Below are positions 1 through 8,335 of a DNA stretch of 34,978 nucleotides, piece by piece (position 1 is the stretch's first letter; each line of letters starts with the position of its first letter). The position numbers and the translations under genes were made by a program. The notes beneath the pieces are model-generated. The model did not search any database. It had not been told where the DNA came from and was given only the letters and a program-made list of their open reading frames with translations. The DNA is from a virus (taxonomy: Duplodnaviria > Caudoviricetes): positions 1-34,978 of the IMG/VR virus record IMGVR_UViG_3300025124_000022; one strand, written 5' to 3'.

Positions 1-602
1 GACTGGGCCTGCATATCCATGACGTGCAGGTTGGATCCCAGACCGTTGATTTGAGCCTCGATGCCGTCGAACTCGGTCGGAACGACCGAGGCATCGCCCT
101 CAAAGCAGAACACCTCGGCGTCGGAGAGCAGCTTGATGGCGCCGTTGGCCTGCTCAAGCGCGATCGAGTCGATCAGGTTGTTTTGCAAACTCTGCACGAA
201 GGTGACGGACCGGCGGTCCATCAGGTATTTGACCATCCCAACCCGGCGAGCATACACGCCGGTGGACTGGCGGATGGTCCCCGCCTCCCCGGTGGCGCTG
301 GAGCCGGGGAAGCCGCCGACGCCGCTCTGTTCCATCCACTCGTCGACGGTGGCGATCGCCTTGTTTTTCTGGAGCTGATTGAACAGGCGCAGGTGCTGAT
401 TGGCCTGAATCGTCGATTTCATGGTGCCGTCGAGCGACTGGGGACGGAGCGCCCCACCACCGGACAGGGCAGCAACATCAGTCCCGTATCCAGCGGTCAA
501 CGCCTTGTTGAGTTCACGGGCAACATCAAGGCCCATCGAACCCTGACCCCCCCCGCCTTGGCCCATGTTGGCCATCATCTGCAACAAAACTGGGTTCATC
601 AC
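1..602 (-). CDS. Major capsid protein, N-terminal part (runs off the left end; not in the ORF track)
   Basis: Manual translation after SD AGGAGG (GTG 602 / ATG 599): MNPVLLQMMANMGQGGGGQGSMGLDVARELNKALTAGYGTDVAALSGGGALRPQSLDGTM... Resembles the KS-xx-TGYG...GALR N-terminus of Herelleviridae-type capsids and lies downstream of protease and scaffold. Confidence 0.88.
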   Translation of the reverse strand, partial: MMNPVLLQMMANMGQGGGGQGSMGLDVARELNKALTAGYGTDVAALSGGGALRPQSLDGTMKSTIQANQHLRLFNQLQKNKAIATVDEWMEQSGVGGFPGSSATGEAGTIRQSTGVYARRVGMVKYLMDRRSVTFVQSLQNNLIDSIALEQANGAIKLLSDAEVFCFEGDASVVPTEFDGIEAQINGLGSNLHVMDMQAQ

Positions 603-635
603 AACCTCCTAATTCCGAGAAATGGCCTCAAAAGT

Positions 636-652
636 GGAACCAATCTGGTACC
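636..652. promoter_or_regulatory. Putative operator GGAACCAATCTGGTACC upstream of the capsid gene
   Basis: Matches the GGTACC-N5-GGTACC motif of the cro/cI region; intergenic. Confidence 0.5.
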
Positions 653-675
653 GCTTCAGGCAAAAAAAAGAACGC

Positions 676-1359
676 TTACCGCTTAGCCGCTGCGTCGATC
701 CGGGCCTTGATTTCAGGGGTCAACGGGATCGAGTTATTGACCATCGTTTCGACCCTCTGAAGATCGACCCCAGAGAATTTGCCCTCGTCGAACAACGCCA
801 TGCCTTTGGTCAAATATTCGCCGTCGGCACCCTCCCCATCGGGAGAAGCGGGAGCACCTGCCCCCGCAACCGAAGCGGGGGGGATGACGCTCAAGGTCGC
901 CATCCTGCCCCCAGGGGCGGACAGCGCCTTGCGCAAATCGCCCATTTCGGCACGAATGGAGGCGTTCTCGGCCATCAGCTTGCGGTTGATGTCAACCATG
1001 TTGCCGAGAGAAGACACCATCGACTTGGCCAACTGGTTTTGGCGCTTGCTGATGGCACGCATGATCGCAATGCCATCCAGCACATCGACCTCTTCACCAT
1101 CGACGGTCGCCTTCATGGCGATCATCGACTTCCCGAAAAGCTCATCGTCGTCGTCTTCGTCATCATCGCCGCCAGCCGCCTGCTGTTTGGCTGCAGCTGC
1201 AGCAGCAGCTTGATCGCTACCATTGGCCTTTTTCTTGGCCTCCTCTTGCCGTGAAACCTCTTCTTCATCGAGCTGCGCGCCCATGCTCTTGGTCATGTCG
1301 CCGTGACCAGCCAATTGGGCGAGCAACTGGTCGAAGCCAGCGTTCTGCTGTTTGCTCAT
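676..1359 (-). CDS. Putative head scaffolding protein
   Basis: Between protease and capsid; acidic, Ala-rich and coiled-coil-like; many x-K-S/A sites; start MSKQQ overlaps the protease stop (ATGA). Confidence 0.7.
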   Translation of the reverse strand: MSKQQNAGFDQLLAQLAGHGDMTKSMGAQLDEEEVSRQEEAKKKANGSDQAAAAAAAKQQAAGGDDDEDDDDELFGKSMIAMKATVDGEEVDVLDGIAIMRAISKRQNQLAKSMVSSLGNMVDINRKLMAENASIRAEMGDLRKALSAPGGRMATLSVIPPASVAGAGAPASPDGEGADGEYLTKGMALFDEGKFSGVDLQRVETMVNNSIPLTPEIKARIDAAAKR

Positions 1360-2222
1360 GGTTTGAGCCTCCTGTGTTGTTTGAGACCTCGTGCGAGATC
1401 GTCGAAGAAACGCTCCACCCACTCGGCGGATTGCGTCAGGGAAAGGCCGAAGAAACTGGTGCTGTGGGCAATTAGCTCTTCAGCTTTTGCCCCAACAGCG
1501 CCCGATCTGATCGCATCGGATATGCGATCCCGGTACTCGAAATAGGAGTGGGAGTGCCCCGCCATCGACTGGGGGCGGAGCGATCCTCCACCGGTCAGGG
1601 TGGCGGAGTCGGTTCCATAGCCTGCGGTCAACGCCTTGAAGAGGTCGAAGCCACCATCGGGGGACATTGATTTGGCGAAGGCACCAAAGGGGATTGCTGC
1701 TGCGGTTGGGACTGCGGGATTGACGGGGGTCTTACTCAGGCCGATGTTGCTCCACAGGGTCTTGGTAACCCGGAGTGGATCCTTGTCGTCGCGAGCTAAA
1801 ACCTTCCCGCCAACGCTGGGATACCACCGCTGGGGGGGGGAAACCTCAACAAGCGAGGCCCAGACCGCATTAGCGTTCTCTGCTGCGGGGCCTGAACCTG
1901 TGTAGAGCTCGGCCTTGACGTAGGTGGCAACACCAGCAATCTTGACCTCGACAGGCTGACCGATTTCGTACAATCCGTAGTTTGGGATCCCCATTCGCGG
2001 TCCAAGCTGCGTGAGGTGGTCGAGGTCAAGATTCCCATACTTCAGGTAGTAGTCGGCCGAAGCTTCGAGCGCCTTTGCCAAGATCGTCTCATCCTGGAAA
2101 TCCTGGGCTTCGTTGGACGCCTCCATGTAGATAAAGCGGCGCCCGCCATCCTCAACCGGCGAGGCCTTGAGGAATCCGTCGAGCACCACGTAGTCGATTT
2201 TGCCAATATCGCTGTCGTTCAT
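1356..2222 (-). CDS. Prohead protease (HK97/Herelleviridae-like)
   Basis: ASNEAQDFQDETI, LDLDH, YPSVGGKV and IGLSKTPVN motifs; position upstream of scaffold and capsid; start MNDSD after a GGGGG SD. Confidence 0.82.
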   Translation of the reverse strand: MNDSDIGKIDYVVLDGFLKASPVEDGGRRFIYMEASNEAQDFQDETILAKALEASADYYLKYGNLDLDHLTQLGPRMGIPNYGLYEIGQPVEVKIAGVATYVKAELYTGSGPAAENANAVWASLVEVSPPQRWYPSVGGKVLARDDKDPLRVTKTLWSNIGLSKTPVNPAVPTAAAIPFGAFAKSMSPDGGFDLFKALTAGYGTDSATLTGGGSLRPQSMAGHSHSYFEYRDRISDAIRSGAVGAKAEELIAHSTSFFGLSLTQSAEWVERFFDDLARGLKQHRRLKP

Positions 2223-2239
2223 CGCGCCCCCGACTGGGC

Positions 2240-2278
2240 AAAAAAAAACCGCCCTGCCACTGCGAGTGGCGGGGCGGT
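2240..2278 (-). terminator. Intrinsic terminator in the protease-gene leader
   Basis: Minus strand reads ACCGCCCCGCCACT-CGC-AGTGGCAGGGCGGT (14-bp stem, one mismatch) followed by a run of about 9 T. Confidence 0.75.
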
Positions 2279-2302
2279 TCATAAGAAGAACCCTGTTCCG
2301 GA

Positions 2303-2318
2303 ATCGTGGTGTCACGAC
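2303..2318 (-). promoter_or_regulatory. Putative late promoter GTCGTGAC-ACC-ACGAT
   Basis: Motif recurs upstream of five late genes. Confidence 0.65.
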
Positions 2319-2334
2319 GCCGGAGATCGCAAAT

Positions 2335-2544
2335 TCAAGACCTACGGAAGAACCCTACGACCCCCTTTCTTACCTCGCCCATCATCTGGGGGCCAAGACC
2401 GACCGTTTCCTTGCACTTTGGGCACACAACCTGAAGCCCGTCGGGTGCCATGATGATGGCCTTGGTGCGCAACATGGGGTGGCCATCGCGCGACACGGAA
2501 TCGAGCTTTGCGTAGCAACTCGGGCAGACCAATCCGACGCTCAT
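2335..2544 (-). CDS. Small zinc-ribbon protein
   Basis: CPSC...CPKC; 4-nt overlap with the upstream gene. Confidence 0.75.
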   Translation of the reverse strand: MSVGLVCPSCYAKLDSVSRDGHPMLRTKAIIMAPDGLQVVCPKCKETVGLGPQMMGEVRKGVVGFFRRS

Positions 2545-2792
2545 GGCTGCGCCGCCAGGACTTCTTCGAGAAGCCCTTTTTCCCGCATCAACGCAAGGTA
2601 TCGATCCCGACTCGTCCCGTCGGTCAACACCCCCTCTTGCGTTAGGCTGTCGGCCTCTTTTTCGATCTCGGACAACCTCTTTTCGGCAGCCGAAAAGATC
2701 AACTCCTCGGTAGCTTGGAACCGGCTACCAAGTGCCTCGACCTTGCCGAGCTGGTCCATGATCGGGGCGAACTGGTCGCGTGGTTTCGTCAT
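2541..2792 (-). CDS. Hypothetical helical protein
   Basis: 83 aa, fills the operon gap with tight coupling. Confidence 0.7.
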   Translation of the reverse strand: MTKPRDQFAPIMDQLGKVEALGSRFQATEELIFSAAEKRLSEIEKEADSLTQEGVLTDGTSRDRYLALMREKGLLEEVLAAQP

Positions 2793-2807
2793 GAGTTGAT
2801 CCTAAAA

Positions 2808-5800
2808 TCACGACGCCTTGGCTGCCTTTTGATCGTTCGCCGCATCCCCGGACCTAGCCGAATCCAGGTAAGAGGCAAGGCCAGTGTCGTCGATACCCTC
2901 AAACGGAGAGGTCAGGGTCTCGCGTAGCCCGTATTTCTTGGCGAGCCGATCACGCGCCGCCTTTTCCGACTGGTGGTCGGCAACCAAATCGATCAGCTCG
3001 ACGTCACCGGTCTGCCCGAGTCGATCTATCCTCCCATTGCGCTGAGCATGGGTCTTCGCGGTGTCGGGGGTGTCATACTGAACCAGCCACTTTCCGCGCT
3101 GCGCGTTCAACCCGACAGCGCCGGCATCGGATGCAACCAGGATGTCTCCATCCCCCCGGGCAAAGGCCTGCCGTTTCCGGTTCTTCTCCTTCGTGGAGTC
3201 GGCTCCGGTGAGGACGATGACTTTGTGACCTTCAGAGGTGAGCCTTTCGGATAGGGTCTTCACAGCCGACAAAGACCGGGCAAACACGATCCCCGGTTTC
3301 CCTTTCCGCTCCTGCGCGATCCTGGACACCTCGCCAGCCTTGGCCCCCTTGGGGTGCTCGTTCAGGATCTTGTCGACCGCAGTTCCCTTGAGGATTCCGA
3401 GGTTCCTCTGGAGCGACTGCGCCAGCGCCTCGTGCCCATTGGTCGGCACCCCCGAAAAACTCGACGGACTGATTTCCTTCATCGCCTCGACATCAACCCC
3501 CCCCTTGATCCTGGCGGCGGTGGCCCGGCCGATTGCAGCTTCAAGCCGAGACATATCGGCATGCTGCTCCTTCGATAGGGGGACATTGACCTCTGACTCG
3601 GTGGCGGAAACCCCGGAAGAGATGCGCCCAGGGTAGAGGTAGGCGGCCAGCTCCCGGCGGAGCTCGTCTTGGGATGCCGGGGTGTTGACCCCGTACCGGC
3701 GCATGAAGGCGTCGCGATCCGAATACCGGTCGGGATCGAGCTTCGAAAGCAAATCGAACACCTCGGATGTGTCGTTTTTCGCCGGATCGGCGGTGGCGTT
3801 CACGTAGTAGTTGGCGTTATCGGTCACCCCGTCGATCACGTTGGCCATGGTGCTGTTGGCCTTCCCGCTTCGGTTCAGCAGGTCGTGGCCCTCGTCGACC
3901 ATCACGTAATCGGCTCCGATCCCCTCCTTTTCAAACACCCCGCGAGACCACTCCTTGCGCTCCTCCCTCGACATACCTGCGATCCGGGAGACCATTTCGT
4001 CCTCGGTAATGCCCTCGTGGGCGGCTCCAAGGTGGACCAAATCATCGCGCAGCGACTGGTGGGTGACGACCACGAAGTGGTTTTCGGGGTTGCGCAGGGC
4101 GTTCAGACGCTCTTCGCGCGAAGCGCCGGGCTCGGCATGCCACTGGAATTTCCCAGGCTCCAGGTTCGTCAGGGCCTCGCCATTGAACTGGCCCTGGACA
4201 ATCGAGGGAACGACGAACAGACCGCGCTTGGCTTTTCCTTGACCCTGTAAGTGAGCAAAACCGGTCAGGCCGATGGTGGTTTTCCCAGACCCGACACCCT
4301 GAGCCAGCTGAATTCGGCGATTCGCCTCGATCAGCTTTACCGCGCGCTGCTGGTTGATGTACTTGCCATCCATCGTCCGGGCAAACGTGAAAGGCAGCTT
4401 TTCCCCGGGGCGGAAATTGCGCCCGACGTTCCCCACCAACGAGGCGAGCTGCCGCTCGGCGGCATGCCCCAGGGTGAACCTCTGCCCGGCCTCAATGGTG
4501 GGATCGGATGATTCCGCCTGCGGCTTCTCGCCCATGAACAGACTCATCTGGGCCTGATCCAGGGCTTCGCGGGCGGCCCGTGACTGCGCCAGCTTTTCGC
4601 TGACACCCCCTGAGGTGTATTTCCCCTGGAGGCGGTTGCGCAGCCTGTCGACCTCTTGCCGGTGGATTTCGTCGCGGCGACGCCTGGCATCTGGGTCGAC
4701 CGCGTCCAGGTGCTCAAGATCGCCCCGAATCGAACGGCTTCCAATCTTCAATGGGTCTTCGTGGATTCGGTTGTAGTGCTGACTGAACTCACGGGAGACG
4801 GCACCATTGATGTGGTCCTGGATGGCGGCATAGGCTGCCTCACGGCTGCCCATGTGGCGGATGTATCCATCCCACCCCAGGCGGGCCCCGGATAGCTGCC
4901 CCTGCATCTCCTCAACTCGCTTGTTCCACCCCTCCCATTCGGTGGACACGGCCTCACCGAAAAACCCGCGAGTCATTTTCTGCGGCTCTTTCGCCCGCAG
5001 CGCTTCCAGGTCGGACGAAAGCTGCTGGGCCTCGGGGGAGTCTCTGGCTATGTGGTTGGCGAACCACTGCCGGAGGATCCCCCTCCCCTCGTGGTCGAGA
5101 TCGCCGATGGGGGTGAATGCAACCTTCCCCTCGGGAATGGAGCCAAGGGTCCGATGCAGGGCCTCGACGGCGACGCCCTGATCCAGACGCTGCCGATGCA
5201 GGGGGGAGCGGTCGTTTCCAAACCGGTCGGAAACGAACCGATCAGCCAACCCTTGGAACTTCTCTTCGTAGGAATCGGCCTTGACCGGTTTCCCGTCTTC
5301 CCCGATGACCGGGGCAATCGAGCGCAGGGCTTCAAAGTAAGCCCCCCGGCTCCCCTCGGGGACGGTACGGATCAAATCTTCGTTGCGCAGGTCGGCCACA
5401 ATCTGGGCCGGGGCGTCGCCGTCGGCCATGCGTCCGCCGATGTAGTCCTTGATGTTTTTGCCGAGGTCTTCCCCGGGAGAAAATGGCTCGGCCATTCGAT
5501 CGGCAACCCCCATCTGGGCATTGCTCAGAAGATCGGGACGGCGGGCCATCCCCACAGGGAGCCACCCCTCCTCGTCCTGCTTGCCGGTCTGGATATCCAG
5601 GGAGGTTTTGAGTCGAGTGAAGTGGTCGCGATCAATGGGGGTGGTCAATTTGCCGATGGCGTCTGGGTTGACTGAGATGTGGGCTCCATCTGCATCCGTC
5701 GCGATTTCGAAGTCGCCATCCTCAAGGCCGATGGCTTTGGCCCGCTCGGTTGCCCCCTGCCGACCAACCTTGCCCATCGGCAGCTTCAGCGGTTTCCCGG

Positions 5801-8003
5801 CTGCATCCCGGCGCAGAGCCACGATCATGGCGGCCGTAGCCTCCTGCTCGCCCAGGGTCGTACCAAGAGCCTCCTTCATCGACTCGACGGCCTCCATGCG
5901 CGCCCGGTTGATGCGGAAGGCGTCGGCAATCCCTGCGCTGTCGACGGCATCCGGGATTTCCATCGACTCGACCTGCCTGCGCAGGCTTTCGACCTGTTGC
6001 AAGGCCTCGGTTGTTGCCTCCACCGAGTTGTCGAGGTGATACCGCTCAAGGGCACCGGCGATATCCTGGCACTTGTCATGTCCGAGATCGGAGCGCAGCC
6101 GGGCCGCCATGGCCTCGGCGGCCCCTTGAATCCCGAGTGCATCAACAACAGAACGGTCAAGTAGCCCCTGGCCGGCAACGTTGAGGGCGACCGAGTTGAA
6201 CCCGTTGTAGGCGCCGACGCCGAGGTGGCGCCGCATCGACTTGGCGTAATCCCGCCCCCCCACTTCCGAGACCTGTCCCAGAAAACCATGGGCGGCCATG
6301 GTCCTGACGTCGTCCTCGATCGATTTGCGGGCTTTCTCATCAAGGTCGACGTCCTTGGATGCCTCCAGGATGTAGGCGGTTGGGTCCGGGCTTGCGCGGC
6401 CCTGCTTGATGTCGGAGGCGGCCTTCTTTGCGGCCCGCTCGGATGCAGCCAGCTCTTTGCGCGCCTTAATGATGTCCAGCGCCTGGCTTGCCTCTTGGAT
6501 GTTGGCGGTCGGAAGGTCCGATTCCGGCTTGATTTCACCAGCCGTTTGCTCAAACCCTTCAGGGGTTGCTGCTCCCGACTCGGTAGCCGGCGGGGCGTCT
6601 TCGCCCGCCTCCTTTGGCTGATGCTCCTTGCCGACATCGGAGCGCTCTTTGTACTTCGGCGCAAAACCCAAACCGCTGGATGAGCCAGCGACAGGGTCGA
6701 GATCGCTGACGTCCAGAGCTGCCGCGCCATCGGACCCAACACCGATCCGATCAAGACCGGCGTCTTCACGCGCCGCCGGATCGTTGGCGAGCCAGTTCCT
6801 ACCGATCTTTTCGGCTTCCTTGGCGCGGCCCAAAAGAGCTCGGTGGTGCTCGTCGGCAACCGCCTGACGCTCCTTGTCGGAAAGACCTTCTAGCTTGTCG
6901 GCGGATGGCTTTAGGTCTTCGTCCTTCCACCCCAAAGCCTGGGCCGTGGCCTGGATATACCTCTTCTCGCTTTCCTTCCTGGCCGCGGCAACCTCGCCAA
7001 GCCGATCCTGTTTGGCCTGATGCACACCGGCGGCTTTGTCGGCCTTGACGCGCGCGCGCTCCTTCTCTTGGGCCTCCCTACGCTTTTCTGCGGACTCCTC
7101 CCGGTAGTGCTCCTCGCTTTTGACGCCTCGGAGCTTCAGGTAGTTGAGTTTCCCACCAGCCCCCCCGATGACGTGATAAACGCCAGTCCCGGGCGTCGAC
7201 TCCTTGACCAGCACCGGTACACCTTTGCTGTCTTCGCCGTTGGGGTGGACCGTGATCCACCGAGCCCCGGCAGGAATTGCCTTGAGGAACAATTCGGATT
7301 CGGGTAACGTCGATTTTTGAAAGGCGCTCTGGCCCCCAAACAACGACTGAAAGGTGTTTGGGGTGTATCCTCCCTCGGCCATACCAGTCGGGGGTGAGAT
7401 CCGGAGCGCCTTTTTTATTGTTTTCTCCTCGTGCACATGGATCGTCACGATGCAGTTATCCTCCCCTCCGTCCTTTAAGAACTTGGACGCTGCATAGACC
7501 ACGATTTTCCCGTCGTAACGAACGCGCCACCATTCCCACCGAATCGTCTCACCCTGTGCGTTTTTCTGGACGTCAATCGGCTCTGTCCTCGCCACATGCG
7601 GCAGCGCCAGGATGTCGCCACGGTTGATTTGTGACCCGCGCTCCTTTCCCGACATTTCACCGTGTTTCCAAAGTATTTTGACGAGCCCAAACCCCTTCTC
7701 CGTCCCGGCCGCACGCTTGAGCGCTTTCCCGGACACCACAATCTCCCCATCCCGTTCTATGGCAGGCCCCTTGGGGAGCAGAATTTCGAGATCGGAAGTT
7801 TTGATGGAAACCAGAGCGCTGAATGGCCCAGTGAGGGGGTCGGCAAGGGTTGAGTTCAACAGAGCCCTGATTTGCCGCTTCTCGTGCTTGATTCGGTGAT
7901 TTTCGTGGTCATCTCGGGGGGTGCTTCCGCCTCGTTGCCCGGGGCGGCCTTTGTGGCCCTTGAAGCTTTTCAGAAAGACGATCACTGCTCGACGAATGTT
8001 CAT
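2808..8003 (-). CDS. Large polyvalent protein: N-terminal PBECR-like (BECR-fold) RNase plus C-terminal SNF2/SF2 helicase
   Basis: Helicase motifs GVGSGKT, VDEGH, ATAD, DAGAVGLN and QRNGRIDRLGQ; GFGLVKILWKH resembles the PBECR3 GxGLxHIxxKH motif; start MNIRR at 8003 after SD AAGGGGG. Confidence 0.85.
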   Translation of the reverse strand: MNIRRAVIVFLKSFKGHKGRPGQRGGSTPRDDHENHRIKHEKRQIRALLNSTLADPLTGPFSALVSIKTSDLEILLPKGPAIERDGEIVVSGKALKRAAGTEKGFGLVKILWKHGEMSGKERGSQINRGDILALPHVARTEPIDVQKNAQGETIRWEWWRVRYDGKIVVYAASKFLKDGGEDNCIVTIHVHEEKTIKKALRISPPTGMAEGGYTPNTFQSLFGGQSAFQKSTLPESELFLKAIPAGARWITVHPNGEDSKGVPVLVKESTPGTGVYHVIGGAGGKLNYLKLRGVKSEEHYREESAEKRREAQEKERARVKADKAAGVHQAKQDRLGEVAAARKESEKRYIQATAQALGWKDEDLKPSADKLEGLSDKERQAVADEHHRALLGRAKEAEKIGRNWLANDPAAREDAGLDRIGVGSDGAAALDVSDLDPVAGSSSGLGFAPKYKERSDVGKEHQPKEAGEDAPPATESGAATPEGFEQTAGEIKPESDLPTANIQEASQALDIIKARKELAASERAAKKAASDIKQGRASPDPTAYILEASKDVDLDEKARKSIEDDVRTMAAHGFLGQVSEVGGRDYAKSMRRHLGVGAYNGFNSVALNVAGQGLLDRSVVDALGIQGAAEAMAARLRSDLGHDKCQDIAGALERYHLDNSVEATTEALQQVESLRRQVESMEIPDAVDSAGIADAFRINRARMEAVESMKEALGTTLGEQEATAAMIVALRRDAAGKPLKLPMGKVGRQGATERAKAIGLEDGDFEIATDADGAHISVNPDAIGKLTTPIDRDHFTRLKTSLDIQTGKQDEEGWLPVGMARRPDLLSNAQMGVADRMAEPFSPGEDLGKNIKDYIGGRMADGDAPAQIVADLRNEDLIRTVPEGSRGAYFEALRSIAPVIGEDGKPVKADSYEEKFQGLADRFVSDRFGNDRSPLHRQRLDQGVAVEALHRTLGSIPEGKVAFTPIGDLDHEGRGILRQWFANHIARDSPEAQQLSSDLEALRAKEPQKMTRGFFGEAVSTEWEGWNKRVEEMQGQLSGARLGWDGYIRHMGSREAAYAAIQDHINGAVSREFSQHYNRIHEDPLKIGSRSIRGDLEHLDAVDPDARRRRDEIHRQEVDRLRNRLQGKYTSGGVSEKLAQSRAAREALDQAQMSLFMGEKPQAESSDPTIEAGQRFTLGHAAERQLASLVGNVGRNFRPGEKLPFTFARTMDGKYINQQRAVKLIEANRRIQLAQGVGSGKTTIGLTGFAHLQGQGKAKRGLFVVPSIVQGQFNGEALTNLEPGKFQWHAEPGASREERLNALRNPENHFVVVTHQSLRDDLVHLGAAHEGITEDEMVSRIAGMSREERKEWSRGVFEKEGIGADYVMVDEGHDLLNRSGKANSTMANVIDGVTDNANYYVNATADPAKNDTSEVFDLLSKLDPDRYSDRDAFMRRYGVNTPASQDELRRELAAYLYPGRISSGVSATESEVNVPLSKEQHADMSRLEAAIGRATAARIKGGVDVEAMKEISPSSFSGVPTNGHEALAQSLQRNLGILKGTAVDKILNEHPKGAKAGEVSRIAQERKGKPGIVFARSLSAVKTLSERLTSEGHKVIVLTGADSTKEKNRKRQAFARGDGDILVASDAGAVGLNAQRGKWLVQYDTPDTAKTHAQRNGRIDRLGQTGDVELIDLVADHQSEKAARDRLAKKYGLRETLTSPFEGIDDTGLASYLDSARSGDAANDQKAAKAS
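7282..7310 (+). promoter_or_regulatory. Putative antisense sigma70 promoter TTGAGG-N17-TAACGT
   Basis: -35 at 7282-7287, -10 at 7305-7310, 17-nt spacer, directly upstream of a structured element. Confidence 0.5.
7317..7416 (+). ncRNA. Candidate ~100-nt structured antisense sRNA inside the helicase gene
   Basis: 13-bp closing stem, two internal hairpins and a T6 tail; its G-U pairs form only on the + strand. Confidence 0.55.
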
Positions 8004-8026
8004 CTGTTCCCCCTTGTGAGGGGAAC

Positions 8027-8050
8027 AGAATGCCGTCATGACACCACCAT
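8027..8050. promoter_or_regulatory. Bidirectional late-promoter motif (GTCATGAC with AnnnT on both sides)
   Basis: + reads GTCATGAC-ACC-ACCAT, - reads GTCATGAC-GGC-ATTCT; lies between divergent starts at 8003 and 8057. Confidence 0.6.
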
Positions 8051-8056
8051 GCGGAG

Positions 8057-8335
8057 ATGAACAGAATCATCAACTTCGGGCCTGATTTTCAGCTACGCCC
8101 CGGCGATGAGGTCGTGTCCAAATTGACTGGCCAGGCTGCGGAAGTCGCAATGGTTGATCGCGGAAACGAAAGGGCCGCCATCATCATCGGTTGGGACGAT
8201 CATGGCGGCCCCGTGAAATACGCTCGGACGAGGTGGGTCACGTTCTCCGAGATTGAGTCGGTTAATCCGAGACCGGAATTCCCGTGTCGATCCCTTGGAG
8301 AAAAACATCCCCCCCGAGCGCCGCAAAAGCCTTGA
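8057..8335 (+). CDS. Small SH3/KOW-like hypothetical protein, opposite to the late operon
   Basis: LRPGDEVVSKLTGQAAEV pattern; fills the gap between two large genes; promoter motif just upstream. Confidence 0.55.
   Translation: MNRIINFGPDFQLRPGDEVVSKLTGQAAEVAMVDRGNERAAIIIGWDDHGGPVKYARTRWVTFSEIESVNPRPEFPCRSLGEKHPPRAPQKP

Noticed and set aside
24-686. 220-aa + strand ORF
   Set aside because: Antisense shadow of the major capsid gene, which has an SD and recognisable motifs on the - strand.
1832-1840. G9 tract in the protease gene as a phase-variation site
   Set aside because: The frame is intact (Ser-Pro-Pro) and G/C runs are common throughout the window.
7372-7394. 7-nt loop hairpin as a tRNA anticodon arm
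   Set aside because: No U33, D-arm or TTC T-arm; not a tRNA.
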